A stretch of DNA of 64,000 nt. Origin: Dehalococcoidia bacterium (GTDB taxonomy: Bacteria; Chloroflexota; Dehalococcoidia; UBA6926). This document shows, one piece after another, positions 1 through 9,935 of this stretch (position 1 is its first letter; the number at the start of each line of letters is the position of its first letter). The notes under the pieces are model-generated. The model worked only from the letters and a program-made list of their open reading frames with translations, did not search any database and had not been told where the DNA came from. Location of the stretch: positions 494,813 to 558,812 of the forward strand of contig OZ250138.1 in the NCBI GenBank assembly GCA_965237465.1, read 5' to 3'. A program made the translations under genes and the position numbers.

Positions 1-1001
1 AACAACGCGGCTCTTGGGGAATCTGAGTCATCTGCGAGTTCTGGGTCAATCAGTGCCCGCGACACGCGAAAGACGTATTCGGCGAGCGCCTGGCGTTCCG
101 GTGGATCCTCAATGCCCGCGACCAGCGGGGCGGAATTGATCAACGAATGCGCCATGGCTATTGATTCTTCGCCTGGGAGCGGCTCGCAAATGTTGTCGAT
201 GTCATAAATTTCGAGGGTATCCTTCTCTGCCTCAAACAAAATGGTTTCGGGAATGCCCATTATGTATCCGGCATAGCGCCAGACGGCCATAAAGCTATCG
301 CGCTCTTCCTGGGTATAAGTTACCCCAAGCTTCCTCATGTGATGCAGGAGCCGCGCCGAAAAAGCGGAAATAGCATAGCCCAGATGCGCCATGCTCAAGG
401 GCGTCCCCCACTCCTCCGCATCCCACTCGCCGGACTCCAAAAGCAGCTTCCTGATCTGGGCATGAACAATTCGTAGGCGAACGGTTAACTTTAGCCCGTC
501 CCCGCCGCGCTCCAACCCGCCCGGCAGATAAATCTCCAGCATGTGTCGATTGTTCTGCTTCAACCGCCGGACGCCCTGGTCTCGAACACGGCCGGTTATG
601 AAGAACGACTTGCTGATGTTTGTGACAAAGCCTTCAACCAGCACGCCCGCGACGAATGCCGCCAAGGTGATCTGGGAGTTTCGCAAGAACATCCGGCCGC
701 CCGGAATGTAGTCATCGTAGTTGACCCATGAAGGCGGACTATCCAACGCGCCAATCATGTCTTGCAAGCCTTTGGGAGCATCTTTAAGCACGCTGCCGCC
801 CGGTTCATCCATGGCGGCTCGGAGGAGCATCCCAGACTCTCGCCGACCAAGCCCGGTCAACTCTTCGATCATTGCGTCCGCTTCGGGATCGCCAATGGTC
901 GTGTGCTGGACGTACTTGTCGGCCAGCGTGGGATTTATCTTTCGGGCTTGCTCATACCCTGCAACATAATCGGTAGGAACCTCTATGCCTTCTACTATCA
1001 C
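1..1001 (-). CDS. Partial (C-terminus beyond left window edge) conserved hypothetical protein, possibly DUF2236/MpaB-like oxygenase family
   Basis: Manual reverse-complement translation gives an uninterrupted frame from an in-frame stop at 1044-1046 to position 1 (…MIEELTGLGRRESGMLLRAAMDEPGG…RIVHAQIRKLLLESGEWDAEEWGTPLSMAHLGYAISAFSARLLHHMRKLGVTYTQEERDSFMAVWRYAGYIMGIPE…). It is absent from the ORF track because there is no stop inside the window. The start is either GTG at 1001 (SD-like agaggt upstream) or ATG at 872. The family assignment is tentative. Confidence 0.55.
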   Translation of the reverse strand, partial: MIVEGIEVPTDYVAGYEQARKINPTLADKYVQHTTIGDPEADAMIEELTGLGRRESGMLLRAAMDEPGGSVLKDAPKGLQDMIGALDSPPSWVNYDDYIPGGRMFLRNSQITLAAFVAGVLVEGFVTNISKSFFITGRVRDQGVRRLKQNNRHMLEIYLPGGLERGGDGLKLTVRLRIVHAQIRKLLLESGEWDAEEWGTPLSMAHLGYAISAFSARLLHHMRKLGVTYTQEERDSFMAVWRYAGYIMGIPETILFEAEKDTLEIYDIDNICEPLPGEESIAMAHSLINSAPLVAGIEDPPERQALAEYVFRVSRALIDPELADDSDSPRAAL

Positions 1002-1431
1002 AGTGATTCGACCTCTGCCCCTGAGATGGCGCGTGTGGCATCCTCAGAAACTCCGCTATCTGTTCAACTTAGAGTAAAGACGCTTTGTCAAAGCCCGCAG
1101 TACAAATGGGGGAAGGCGGCGCCCCAGGGCATGACGGATGGGCGAGGCGGTCGTGCGCCGGAGAGAGCGTTGATCCCAATTACTCACTGAGTTCTGCTAC
1201 GGAGCTGATGGGAGCCCGGGAGGGCGTCACCGGCGATTTTATAGGTGTCGCTGCTGAAGAGAAGATGCCGGTGATCAACCGCTGCCGTGGGGGCCTACGT
1301 TTTGTCCAGGTGATGCGCCATCCGGCGCGGCGTTGAAATGGCGATTGAAGTAGACTGACGGAGATCCGGGTCCTTGTTGCCCGGGACATCTTGCGACGGT
1401 AGGCGGACTTAGCGTAAAGGAGGCAATAGCT

Positions 1432-1854
1432 ATGACCACAGCCTTGTTCCGTCTCATCGGACTGTATCTATTGGTGACGGCGGTGGCCGTCTTTCTGAAT
1501 CTCATTGCAACGCCGCTTTATCACGATGGATCGCCGGACTATGCGGTGTGGGAGATCCTGAACTACTTCATGGCGCTCGGCGCGGTCGTGATGCTGGCGC
1601 TCACCTTCATCTACAAAATTCGGCTGGACCCGGAGAATACAGATAACTACACTTGCGCCATTGCTCACGGACTTTTCTATGCGTCTGTGGTCCTGACAAT
1701 GCTTTTCTTTTGGGAATATTTCTGGCAGCTAAACCCAGATAGCGAGACGGGCGAGGCGGTGACGTCCCACATCATCTATTTCCCACTCGTTGATGCAATG
1801 TACGCCGTCCTGGGCTTGATCATTGGCGACCAGCTAATGAAAGGTCGCAGATAG
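1432..1854 (+). CDS. Small integral membrane protein (4 predicted TM helices), unknown function
   Basis: ORF-track protein of 140 aa, strongly hydrophobic. A good SD (aaggagg) sits 7 nt upstream of the ATG. Confidence 0.6.
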   Translation: MTTALFRLIGLYLLVTAVAVFLNLIATPLYHDGSPDYAVWEILNYFMALGAVVMLALTFIYKIRLDPENTDNYTCAIAHGLFYASVVLTMLFFWEYFWQLNPDSETGEAVTSHIIYFPLVDAMYAVLGLIIGDQLMKGRR

Positions 1855-1878
1855 GGATAGGCGCGGCCGGCCGGTGAT

Positions 1879-3111
1879 TCAGACCCGGCCGGTCAGGATG
1901 GTCTTCGCGAGCTGTCTGAAGGGCGGGCGATGGCCGTAGACCAGCAGGTAGACGCGGAAAAGGCGTTGCGCCAGCCGCACGGCCAGAAACACTGATACGG
2001 TCAGAACGGCCAGGCTCGCAATTATTTCAAATGGCCCCATCGCGTCCAGGGCTAGCCGCGCCAGAGACATCGTCGGAGCCGTGAACGGGATGAAGGTAAG
2101 TGCGCGCGCCAATGGTCCGTCCGGGTTCTCAATGACATTGAATGATAACCAGAACGGCACAACCGCCGGCAGGATCACGACGACGGTCAACTGCTGTGAT
2201 TCTCTCTGCGATGTTGTGATGGCCCCCAGCGCCGCCATGAGCGAGGCAAAGAAGACGTAGCCGAGCAGGAAAAAGAGCGCAGCGGCTATGAGCAGGGGCA
2301 GCGGCGGAAAGCTGAATGCGGGGAAACCGTCCGCGACTGCGGATATGGCGGCCAGGAACGCAAGCAGCGAGCCAACCCACAGACCCATCTGGATGATGCC
2401 GGCAATGCCGAGACCGGCGAGCTTGCCCAACATCAATTGATCCGGACTAATGGTGGAAAGCAGTATTTCCATCACACGGTTTTCCTTCTCTTCGTTGAGG
2501 CCCTGGAGCAGGTAACCGGTGATCGTCAAGATAGAGAAGATGACGGCGAAGGCGATGGCCATGAAGAAGATTGCGCGGGAAGCGTCAAAATCGTTCACAA
2601 CAGCCTCGCCTCTGTTGTCGATGGTGACGGTCGATATGTTGACGGGGTCAAGAATGCGCTGCGCGAGTGCCTCGTCCTGAGACCCTGAAATGAGATTCTC
2701 GCGAACAAAGCTCCGCAGCGCGGAAGCGTTGCCGCCGCCGTCAATGTCCAGCCCGCCTTGATCCATCACGATTTCGTTGATTGCGCCGGACTCCATGTAG
2801 TTCGGCGGTATGACGTAGGCCGAAACAACGTTGCCACCAGCGACGGCTTCTCGGGCTGCCGCCTCGTCAGGGAATGCCTCAAATGTTGTGAGACCCTGCT
2901 CTTGATGGCCCGTAATGATGCCGGCTTGATCCACGTAGCCGACCGTGCGTCTTTGCGGTTCGGATTCGCCGCCAGTCAGCGCCACGAAAACGCCTCCAAC
3001 GATGAAAAGGAGGAGGAACGCGCTGGGAATCAGCGCCGTCATGACGCGGTAGCTGGTGCGATTCAGCATCGTTCGCAACTCATGCTGCGCAACTATGAGC
3101 GTCTTATCCAT
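1879..3111 (-). CDS. ABC-2 family exporter permease with large N-terminal extracytoplasmic domain (NatB-like)
   Basis: Track ORF 1879..3372, trimmed to MDKTLIVAQHELRTM… The ATG at 3111-3109 overlaps the upstream ATPase stop (ATGGATAA overlap). Multiple TM segments lie in the C-terminal half. Confidence 0.75.
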   Translation of the reverse strand: MDKTLIVAQHELRTMLNRTSYRVMTALIPSAFLLLFIVGGVFVALTGGESEPQRRTVGYVDQAGIITGHQEQGLTTFEAFPDEAAAREAVAGGNVVSAYVIPPNYMESGAINEIVMDQGGLDIDGGGNASALRSFVRENLISGSQDEALAQRILDPVNISTVTIDNRGEAVVNDFDASRAIFFMAIAFAVIFSILTITGYLLQGLNEEKENRVMEILLSTISPDQLMLGKLAGLGIAGIIQMGLWVGSLLAFLAAISAVADGFPAFSFPPLPLLIAAALFFLLGYVFFASLMAALGAITTSQRESQQLTVVVILPAVVPFWLSFNVIENPDGPLARALTFIPFTAPTMSLARLALDAMGPFEIIASLAVLTVSVFLAVRLAQRLFRVYLLVYGHRPPFRQLAKTILTGRV

Positions 3112-4042
3112 TCTCCACCAGCCGAATGAATATCTCTTCCAGATTCGGCATTGCCTGCTCGAATCGTTCAATGAGCATCCCGGCATCCAACAGTTGCCGC
3201 AGCACGTCCTCGGCTGTCGCGTCCGGCGCCAGGTGAATCGCGTACGACTCCCCTGCCCGTTCGATGCTCGCCGCTCCGCTGATGCTCTCAGGTGGTTCGT
3301 CAGGCGATTCAACGCGGACGATGTTGCTGCGGTATCGCCGGCGAATTTCCTGCAGCGTGCCTTCCAGAACAACCTCGCCCTGATTGATCATCATGAGCCG
3401 ATCGGACAGCTCCTCAACGTCCGACATTTGATGCGTAGAGAAGATCACGGCGGCGCCCCGTTGCCTTTCCTCCAGGACGAGATCCTTCATGCGGCGGACA
3501 TTGATCGGGTCAAGTCCGGAGAACGGCTCATCCAGCACGATGATGTCAGGCCGATGCAGCAGCGTTGCGGCGAATTGGATGAGCTGGGTCATGCCGCGGC
3601 TAAGCTCGCGTACCCTCTTCGTTCGGTGCTCCGCCAGACCGACAGTCTCAAGAATCTCACCCGTGCGTATGGCTGCGCGCTGCCGCGACAGTCCCTTGAG
3701 CCGGCCAAGATACTCCAGCACCGCTGTTACGCGGAGGCTTTCATATAGTCCGCGTTCCTCCGGCATGTAACCGATGCGCTCTCGGGTTGCCGCGGACAAC
3801 GTCTCCCCCAGCGCCACGACGGACCCGGCGTCTGGCGTGACGATATCAAGGAGCATCCGAATTGTCGTAGTCTTGCCCGCGCCGTTGGGGCCCACAAGTC
3901 CTATGACCTCTCCGCGGTCAAGGTGCAGCGACACGCCCCGCACGACATCCCTGTTCCCGAATCTCTTCCAGAGGCCGGTTGCTCTTAACGCCGTCGCGTC
4001 TTCAAACACGGATGAGGGTGAATCAATCTTGAGGGCCGTCAT
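3104..4042 (-). CDS. ABC transporter ATP-binding protein
   Basis: Walker A (GPNGAGKTT), ABC signature (LSRGMTQ) and Walker B (IIVLDEP) are present. The track ORF begins at a TTG; I used the first ATG (MTALKIDSP…). Confidence 0.85.
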   Translation of the reverse strand: MTALKIDSPSSVFEDATALRATGLWKRFGNRDVVRGVSLHLDRGEVIGLVGPNGAGKTTTIRMLLDIVTPDAGSVVALGETLSAATRERIGYMPEERGLYESLRVTAVLEYLGRLKGLSRQRAAIRTGEILETVGLAEHRTKRVRELSRGMTQLIQFAATLLHRPDIIVLDEPFSGLDPINVRRMKDLVLEERQRGAAVIFSTHQMSDVEELSDRLMMINQGEVVLEGTLQEIRRRYRSNIVRVESPDEPPESISGAASIERAGESYAIHLAPDATAEDVLRQLLDAGMLIERFEQAMPNLEEIFIRLVENG

Positions 4043-4195
4043 GGGCCAATTATATGGGCGAACCGTCCCGGCGGCGCGAGCCTGCAGAAGCAACGTTAGG
4101 CTGATCTGATTCGGAGCCGCGGGGTCAGACTATGCGTGGACACACGCCATTCTCCGATGTCGGAGGCAGAAGCGTGGGGCGGACAGGTTGTGGGT

Positions 4196-4951
4196 CTACG
4201 CCGTCGCGGCAAGGAGTGGGAGCGACAGCTGTGCGAGGCGCTCTGACCAGCGTGGGTCGTCAAGCGTGAGAGTTCTGCAACCCAGCCCGACGAGTCGCCT
4301 TGCCTCGTCGGGCGACTTGATGCCGTAGGCTCGCACGTCTATGCCGAGCGAGCGGGCTTGAGTGACAAGCTCACGGCTGACCTCATGCGCGACCACGGCC
4401 AGTTCCGAGACCCGTGATAGAGAAGCCTCGACGACGGCTGCGCTGCTCAGGGTGTTATGCCGCGCGCCGATGGCCCAACTCAAACGGAGACTGGGCGCAA
4501 TGGACTGTACTTGCTTTAGCTGCTTGAGGTCGGAGCCCGTGACCCATGCTCTCGCCTCGGCGCCGGATTCATGTACGACGCGTCCAACGGCAACGGCAAG
4601 ACCCGCGCTCTTCTCTTTCAGGTCGATATAGATGTCAAAATCCGGGCCAAACTCGGCGAGTAGAGCACTCAGGGGCGCCGGTCCAATTGCCGAAATCTCC
4701 GCCATCGTGAGTTCGCCGACAATGCCAGGATGGCAGTGCGTCCGGCGCAGAGTGGCATCGTGAATCAAGGCCGGTTCGCCGTCCTTTGACAGTCGGACGT
4801 CCGACTCAATGGCCGCTACACCCATGGCTGCCGCTGCCGCAAAGGCTTCGCGCGTGTTCTCAGGGGCCAACGCCATCGCGCCTCTGTGCCCGACAACGCG
4901 GATCGCTGGGGGGCCAATTGACTCTTCGATTCGTGGTCGCAACCTGTTCAT
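4196..4951 (-). CDS. Glycerophosphodiester phosphodiesterase family protein
   Basis: GDPD motifs are present: HRG…APENT…AF…G…IESDVRLSKDG…HD. The exact start is uncertain. Confidence 0.75.
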   Translation of the reverse strand: MNRLRPRIEESIGPPAIRVVGHRGAMALAPENTREAFAAAAAMGVAAIESDVRLSKDGEPALIHDATLRRTHCHPGIVGELTMAEISAIGPAPLSALLAEFGPDFDIYIDLKEKSAGLAVAVGRVVHESGAEARAWVTGSDLKQLKQVQSIAPSLRLSWAIGARHNTLSSAAVVEASLSRVSELAVVAHEVSRELVTQARSLGIDVRAYGIKSPDEARRLVGLGCRTLTLDDPRWSERLAQLSLPLLAATA

Positions 4952-5221
4952 ACATCCAGCCTGCCACGAATATGCGCCAATGCGATTAATGGAGAGTTAA
5001 ATCCTCGTGAGCACGAGGTTAACTTTCGGGGAGGCAGAGGCACACTGGCATAGCTAGTATAGGCGGAAATTCTTCTCGCGGCCGAGACAGAGCGACAACG
5101 CGCAATGAGCTTCTGCATCCGCGAGGGAGCAGTGGGAGTATCAGCGCAGCCTCTATTACACAGCTAACCTGGTAGTGCTACTCTTGACTAAACGGCGTCG
5201 TTCTTAGGAGGTAGAGGGTAG

Positions 5222-6007
5222 ATGCACGGCGTGAAGCCGCATGTTTTCCTTATAGGTGAGACACGGCTCGTGCCGGATGGGCTGCAGGCCTACCTTGAGC
5301 ACATCGGCGCAAAGGATTGGACCACCGACGCCGCAACGGATGTCGAGGGTCTCGCCGAGTTCATGGGACGTCTTTGTTACCGTAGTTTCGAGCCCGGCCT
5401 GAATCCCAACGTCACCCGCGTTCGCCCCAATAATCAGGCGCACCTCAGCAACATCATCGCCACCGGGCACGGCTCTGTCCTGGAGCACAGCGTGCTGAAC
5501 TTTGCCTTTAGCGACGTTAGTCGCGTGTTCACACATGAGCTTGTACGTCACCGCGCCGGCACCGCCGTCTCGCAGGAGAGCCTGCGATTCGTTCGGCTCG
5601 ATGATCTCGGCATGTGGGCGCCCACCGCCATCCGCGAAGACGACGAAATCATGGAAGTATTTGTGGATACGTTTCATCGACTGGAAGAGTTGCAGAAGAT
5701 GATGGCGGATCACTATGAGCTTGACGATGAGGGCGCAAAGTTCTCAAAGAAGAAGGAGATCACGTCCGCCATGCGCCGCATCGCCCCCATTGGCGTAGCG
5801 ACAAGCATTGGATGGAGCACCAACATTCGCGCTTTGAGACATATCCTCGAGGCCAGGACTGACCCCAGTTCTGAGGAGGAAATCCGTCTCGTTTTTGGGA
5901 AGGTCGGGGAGATCGTGCGTGAGCGCTATCCCGTCCTCTTTGGCGACTACGAGATCGAGATGGTCAACGACCTGCCCTGGTACAAGACAACACACGAAAA
6001 GGTCTGA
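5222..6007 (+). CDS. thyX: FAD-dependent thymidylate synthase ThyX
   Basis: ThyX signature RHRAGTAVSQESLRFV (RHR…S…S.R motif), 261 aa. SD aggaggtagagggtag sits before the ATG. Confidence 0.9.
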   Translation: MHGVKPHVFLIGETRLVPDGLQAYLEHIGAKDWTTDAATDVEGLAEFMGRLCYRSFEPGLNPNVTRVRPNNQAHLSNIIATGHGSVLEHSVLNFAFSDVSRVFTHELVRHRAGTAVSQESLRFVRLDDLGMWAPTAIREDDEIMEVFVDTFHRLEELQKMMADHYELDDEGAKFSKKKEITSAMRRIAPIGVATSIGWSTNIRALRHILEARTDPSSEEEIRLVFGKVGEIVRERYPVLFGDYEIEMVNDLPWYKTTHEKV

Positions 6008-6049
6008 CTCACAGCGGATGAGTCGACCTGCAGGAAACGGAGACGGTCA

Positions 6050-6577
6050 ATGAACACCGGTGATATCGCTATAGATCACTTTGGGCGTGTGCGACGGCTG
6101 CTCGCCATGTCCCTCGAAGGTCTGTCGGTGGAGCAGCTCATGCGGCAGCCTGATGAGCAGTCGAACCCGCTCGGCTGGATCGGGTGGCACTTGGCGCGCA
6201 TCCAGGATCACGCTATTTCGGGACTTGCCGAACGTGAACAGGCGTGGATAGCGGACGGCTGGCATGAGCGTTTTGGCATGGCGGCGGAGCCGCAGAACAC
6301 CGGAACGGGCCACTCAATGGACGAAGTGCGCGCCTTCCAGTCGCCGGAAGCGTCGCTCATCGTTGACTACTACGATGCCGTTTACGCCCGAACACAGGAA
6401 TATCTGCGAACCATAACGCCGGAGGAGCTTGATCGCGTGCTCAATGAGCCGCGCTGGGATCCGATGCCGACCGTTGGCGTGAGGCTCGTTAGCGTCATGC
6501 ACGACAACTCAGTCCACGCCGGTGAGATAGCCTATCTCAAGGGGCTGCTGGAAAGACGGCAGTGGTTCCCCGCCTGA
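6050..6577 (+). CDS. DinB/YfiT-like (DinB_2) putative metal-dependent enzyme
   Basis: 175 aa with the His-rich DinB-fold pattern (W…H…H, HAGEIAYL). Confidence 0.65.
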   Translation: MNTGDIAIDHFGRVRRLLAMSLEGLSVEQLMRQPDEQSNPLGWIGWHLARIQDHAISGLAEREQAWIADGWHERFGMAAEPQNTGTGHSMDEVRAFQSPEASLIVDYYDAVYARTQEYLRTITPEELDRVLNEPRWDPMPTVGVRLVSVMHDNSVHAGEIAYLKGLLERRQWFPA

Positions 6578-6622
6578 ACACCGCCAGCAGGCATCTTCGA
6601 ACGACATACTCTGGGAGGTCCA

Positions 6623-7504
6623 TTGCCGAATATCATTAGCCACCAACAGTCCGAGGGACGAACCAGCCGCTTTGTCAGCGTCAACGGTGTGCAGTTCCAC
6701 GCCCTTGACTGGGGAGGCGACGGCCCTCCACTAGTACTCGTTCACGGCGGACGGCGAACCGGCCGCAGCTGGAACGCCGTTGCACGGCGGCTCCGCGACG
6801 ATTTCCGCGTCATTGCGCTGGACACCCGAGGCCACGGTGAAAGCGATGCGCCGATAACCGGATACACGGCCCATCAGGGCGCGCTGGACATGGCGGGCAT
6901 TCTGGAAGAAATGGATCTGCCGCCGCACTATATTGTCTCCCATTCATACGGCGGCGCCATAAGCGGCCTCTACGCCACCAACCATCCTGATCGTGTGCTC
7001 GCCATGGTCATGATTGAGCCGGTGCCGGAGGGCCCGGCCCATTGGGTTCGCGTCAACATCCTCAATGAAGATCTGACGGAGAAGCCTGGTCCTGGCCGAC
7101 GCAATACGTGGGTGTCTCTTGATGACCTCAAGCGGAGACTTGAGTCCAACAATATGACGAGCGTGTGGACTCCGGAAGCGCTGGAAGATGTCCTCAAGGA
7201 GGAAACAATCGTCCATCCGGATGGCCGCGCGGAAGCTATGTGGAACCTCAACGCCTATAACATGGATGAGCTTCCCCGGGATGAGTTCTTGCTTATCGAT
7301 GGCGCTGATCGTCTGACGATGCCAATCCTTGTTGTCGTGGCGGCGGAGAACAACCTGCTTGAGTCGCACCATAAGCCGCTGTCAGACGCCCTGCCGCGCG
7401 GCGAGATCAACGTCATGCCGGACGTGGGACACGCCATCTACATGCAAGTGCCGGAGGAAACGGCGCAGTTCACCAGAGATTTCCTGCTGGCAACCCGCGA
7501 CTAG
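6623..7504 (+). CDS. Alpha/beta-fold hydrolase
   Basis: HGG oxyanion motif, nucleophile elbow SHSYGG, and Asp/His later in the sequence. TTG start preceded by gggagg. Confidence 0.8.
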   Translation: MPNIISHQQSEGRTSRFVSVNGVQFHALDWGGDGPPLVLVHGGRRTGRSWNAVARRLRDDFRVIALDTRGHGESDAPITGYTAHQGALDMAGILEEMDLPPHYIVSHSYGGAISGLYATNHPDRVLAMVMIEPVPEGPAHWVRVNILNEDLTEKPGPGRRNTWVSLDDLKRRLESNNMTSVWTPEALEDVLKEETIVHPDGRAEAMWNLNAYNMDELPRDEFLLIDGADRLTMPILVVVAAENNLLESHHKPLSDALPRGEINVMPDVGHAIYMQVPEETAQFTRDFLLATRD

Positions 7505-7661
7505 TTCGCCCCCTAGACCGCCCGTGACCCACCGGGATGGTCATGGCCACCAGGACTCCCCCCGCTTACTCACCCGTCTCCCCCGTGCAGGCTGGGCATG
7601 CCGCTTTGTTCGACCTCTCCCTTGACGGGAGCTTGCGCCTCAGCGCGGGTGGGGTTGGATG

Positions 7662-8159
7662 CTACTCCTCCAGGACGAGATCGCCGCTGCGGCCACCCGA
7701 CTTTGCAACGAGCCTCACAGCCTCGATGCGCATCGTTCTGTCGATGGCCTTACACATGTCATAAACGGTGATGCCGGCGATGGTTGCGGCGGTTAGCGCC
7801 TCGATTTCGGCGCCCGTCTGCCCGGTCGTCCGGACTGTGGCCTCAATCTCCACACTTGACGCGTCTTGTCCCAGCGTGACGTCGACGCCGACGAATGACA
7901 GAGGGATGACGTGGCAGAGAGGAATTAATTCCGCCGCCCTTTTTGCCGCCATGACGCCTGCGAGTTGGGCGGTGGAGAGGACGTCACCCTTGGGTGTTGT
8001 GTGATCACGAATCGCCTGGAATGTGGCGGGCGACATCACGACGCGTCCTCGAGCCACGGCTTCGCGACGCGTCGTGTCCTTTTCGCCGACGTCCACCATG
8101 CGCGGCCCGGCAATGGGATCGATGTGAGTGAGTCGAGGCTCCTCGGCGGCGTCAGTCAT
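7662..8159 (-). CDS. moaC: Cyclic pyranopterin monophosphate synthase MoaC
   Basis: Typical MoaC sequence (MVDVGEKDTTRREA…, ATVRTTGQTGAEIEALTAATIAGITVYDMCKA). Confidence 0.9.
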   Translation of the reverse strand: MTDAAEEPRLTHIDPIAGPRMVDVGEKDTTRREAVARGRVVMSPATFQAIRDHTTPKGDVLSTAQLAGVMAAKRAAELIPLCHVIPLSFVGVDVTLGQDASSVEIEATVRTTGQTGAEIEALTAATIAGITVYDMCKAIDRTMRIEAVRLVAKSGGRSGDLVLEE

Positions 8160-8197
8160 TGGATTTCTGTAGCACAGGCCAGACTCTCCGGCGCCGG

Positions 8198-9238
8198 CTA
8201 GCCGCCTATGTGATACATCTCCACCCTATCCCGCCCGGCGCCGCGCAGCTCACTCGTCTCGCTGGTGCGCTCTTCGGAATAGCGGTCGGTCCGCTGTTCC
8301 CAAATGGTTGTGATTAGGGCCTCAATGTCATCATCGCTGGCGCCGGTTCGCAGGGAGTCGCGCAGGTCGCGTCCCTCATCGACAAACAGGCACGTATAAA
8401 GCTTGCCGTCTGTAGATAGTCTCGCTCGCGTGCAGTCGTCGCAGAAAGGTTCTGAAACGGACGCAATGAAGCCGATTTCGCCCGTGCCATCGGCGTACTT
8501 GTAGCGGTTCGACGTTTCACTGCGGTAGTTTCGATCCACCGGCACGATTGGCGTTTCGGCATTGATGCGAGCAACAAGGTCCTTTGTGGGCAGGACGTCA
8601 TCCAGTTTCCAGCCGTTCAGCGTGCCAACGTCCATGTATTCGATGAAACGCACGATTTTGTCCGTGCCCTTGAAGTACTTTGCGAGGTCAGTCATCAGGT
8701 GATCGTTGAGGCCGCGCTGAACAACGCTGTTGATCTTGATTGGCCCGAGTCCGGCATCCTCCGCCGCCTGGATTGCTTCCAGGACCCGGGCGACGCTGAA
8801 TCCGCGCCCGTTCATTTTCTGGAACGTGGCCTCATCCAGGCTGTCCAGGCTGATGGTGACGCGCCGCAGCCCTGCTTCCCTGAGTTCCTTGGCCATGGGA
8901 GGAAGCAGATAGCCGTTGGTGGTTAGAGTCAGGTCTTCAATACCGGGGATAACGGCGAGGAGGCGAATTAGCTTAGGCAAGTCCCTGCGGAGCAGCGGCT
9001 CGCCGCCGGTCACGCGGATCTTGGTAACGCCCAGTTTCGCAAAGATGCGCGTCAGTCTCTCAATCTCCTCAAAGCTGAGAATCTGGTCGCGCGGCAAGAA
9101 CTCGTAGCGCTCGCCAAAGACCTCCGCGGGCATGCAGTATATGCACCGGAAGTTGCAGCGATCCGTGACGGAAATCCGCAGATCCTGCAGCAGCCGACCA
9201 AAGACATCCTTCACGGAGGTTGCGGCGGTTAGAGTCAT
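8198..9238 (-). CDS. moaA: GTP 3',8-cyclase MoaA (radical SAM)
   Basis: Radical SAM CNFRCIYC motif, the TGGEPLLR GTP-binding motif, and the C-terminal second-cluster cysteines. Confidence 0.9.
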   Translation of the reverse strand: MTLTAATSVKDVFGRLLQDLRISVTDRCNFRCIYCMPAEVFGERYEFLPRDQILSFEEIERLTRIFAKLGVTKIRVTGGEPLLRRDLPKLIRLLAVIPGIEDLTLTTNGYLLPPMAKELREAGLRRVTISLDSLDEATFQKMNGRGFSVARVLEAIQAAEDAGLGPIKINSVVQRGLNDHLMTDLAKYFKGTDKIVRFIEYMDVGTLNGWKLDDVLPTKDLVARINAETPIVPVDRNYRSETSNRYKYADGTGEIGFIASVSEPFCDDCTRARLSTDGKLYTCLFVDEGRDLRDSLRTGASDDDIEALITTIWEQRTDRYSEERTSETSELRGAGRDRVEMYHIGG

Positions 9239-9241
9239 GTC

Positions 9242-9880
9242 TTACCCGGGGTTCACGCGCGCGTTTGGCGTTGGCACGTCCTGATTGGCCAGCATCTCGA
9301 TAATTCCTCGAGCTGCCTGGGCGGCTAGCCCCCTGTGACTGATTCTGTTCTTGATTGTTGACTCCAACTCCGCCATGGTCTTGCGACGGTCCGGCAGGAG
9401 GAACACCGGGTCATAACCGAAACCGTTTGTCCCCCTGGGCTGCTTTCCAATTATACCCCGCAGCTCGCCCCTAGCGATATGGACCTCGGATGAGTCCGGC
9501 TGCGCAATGGCTATGACGCATCGAAAGGCGGCAGTCCGTTCCGATTCCGGCACACCCGCAAGCGCATTCAGTAAGAGAGACACGCGATCCTCATCAGTCG
9601 TCGCCTGCGGCGCCCCGTAGCGAGCACTGCGAACGCCCGGCGCGGCATTGAGGGCATCCACAAACAGGCCTGAATCGTCCGCCAGGGCGACCATGCCGCC
9701 CGCATTCGCGTAGGCGCGCGCCTTGAGCCTTGCGTTCTCCTCAAGCGTCTCGCCGGTCTCGTCAACGTCCAGGTCAAGACCTAGCTGGACTGGCGTCGTC
9801 AATTCGACGTCCAACCCGCTCAGCAGGGTCTCAAGCTCGCGGATCTTGCCCGCGTTGCCCGTGCCGATGAGTAGTTTCAC
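9242..9880 (-). CDS. rdgB: Non-canonical purine NTP pyrophosphatase (RdgB/HAM1 family)
   Basis: MKLLIGTGNAGKIRE…, FGYDPVF and the SHRG motif. Confidence 0.85.
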   Translation of the reverse strand: MKLLIGTGNAGKIRELETLLSGLDVELTTPVQLGLDLDVDETGETLEENARLKARAYANAGGMVALADDSGLFVDALNAAPGVRSARYGAPQATTDEDRVSLLLNALAGVPESERTAAFRCVIAIAQPDSSEVHIARGELRGIIGKQPRGTNGFGYDPVFLLPDRRKTMAELESTIKNRISHRGLAAQAARGIIEMLANQDVPTPNARVNPG

Positions 9881-9935
9881 GCCGGCGTCGCGCGTGTGCC
9901 CGGACGACTTCGCCCTATGAGACCGTTCTTCGGCG

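Noticed and set aside
1879-3372. N-terminal 86 codons of track ORF 1879..3372 (permease), overlapping the ATPase gene
   Set aside because: The extension overlaps the upstream ABC ATPase by 270 nt and is Arg/Cys-rich. The internal ATG at 3111 forms the classic ATGGATAA start/stop overlap, so I trimmed to it. Similar trimming was applied to the tgt, endoIII-like, purA, HIT, YyaL-like and HExxH genes.
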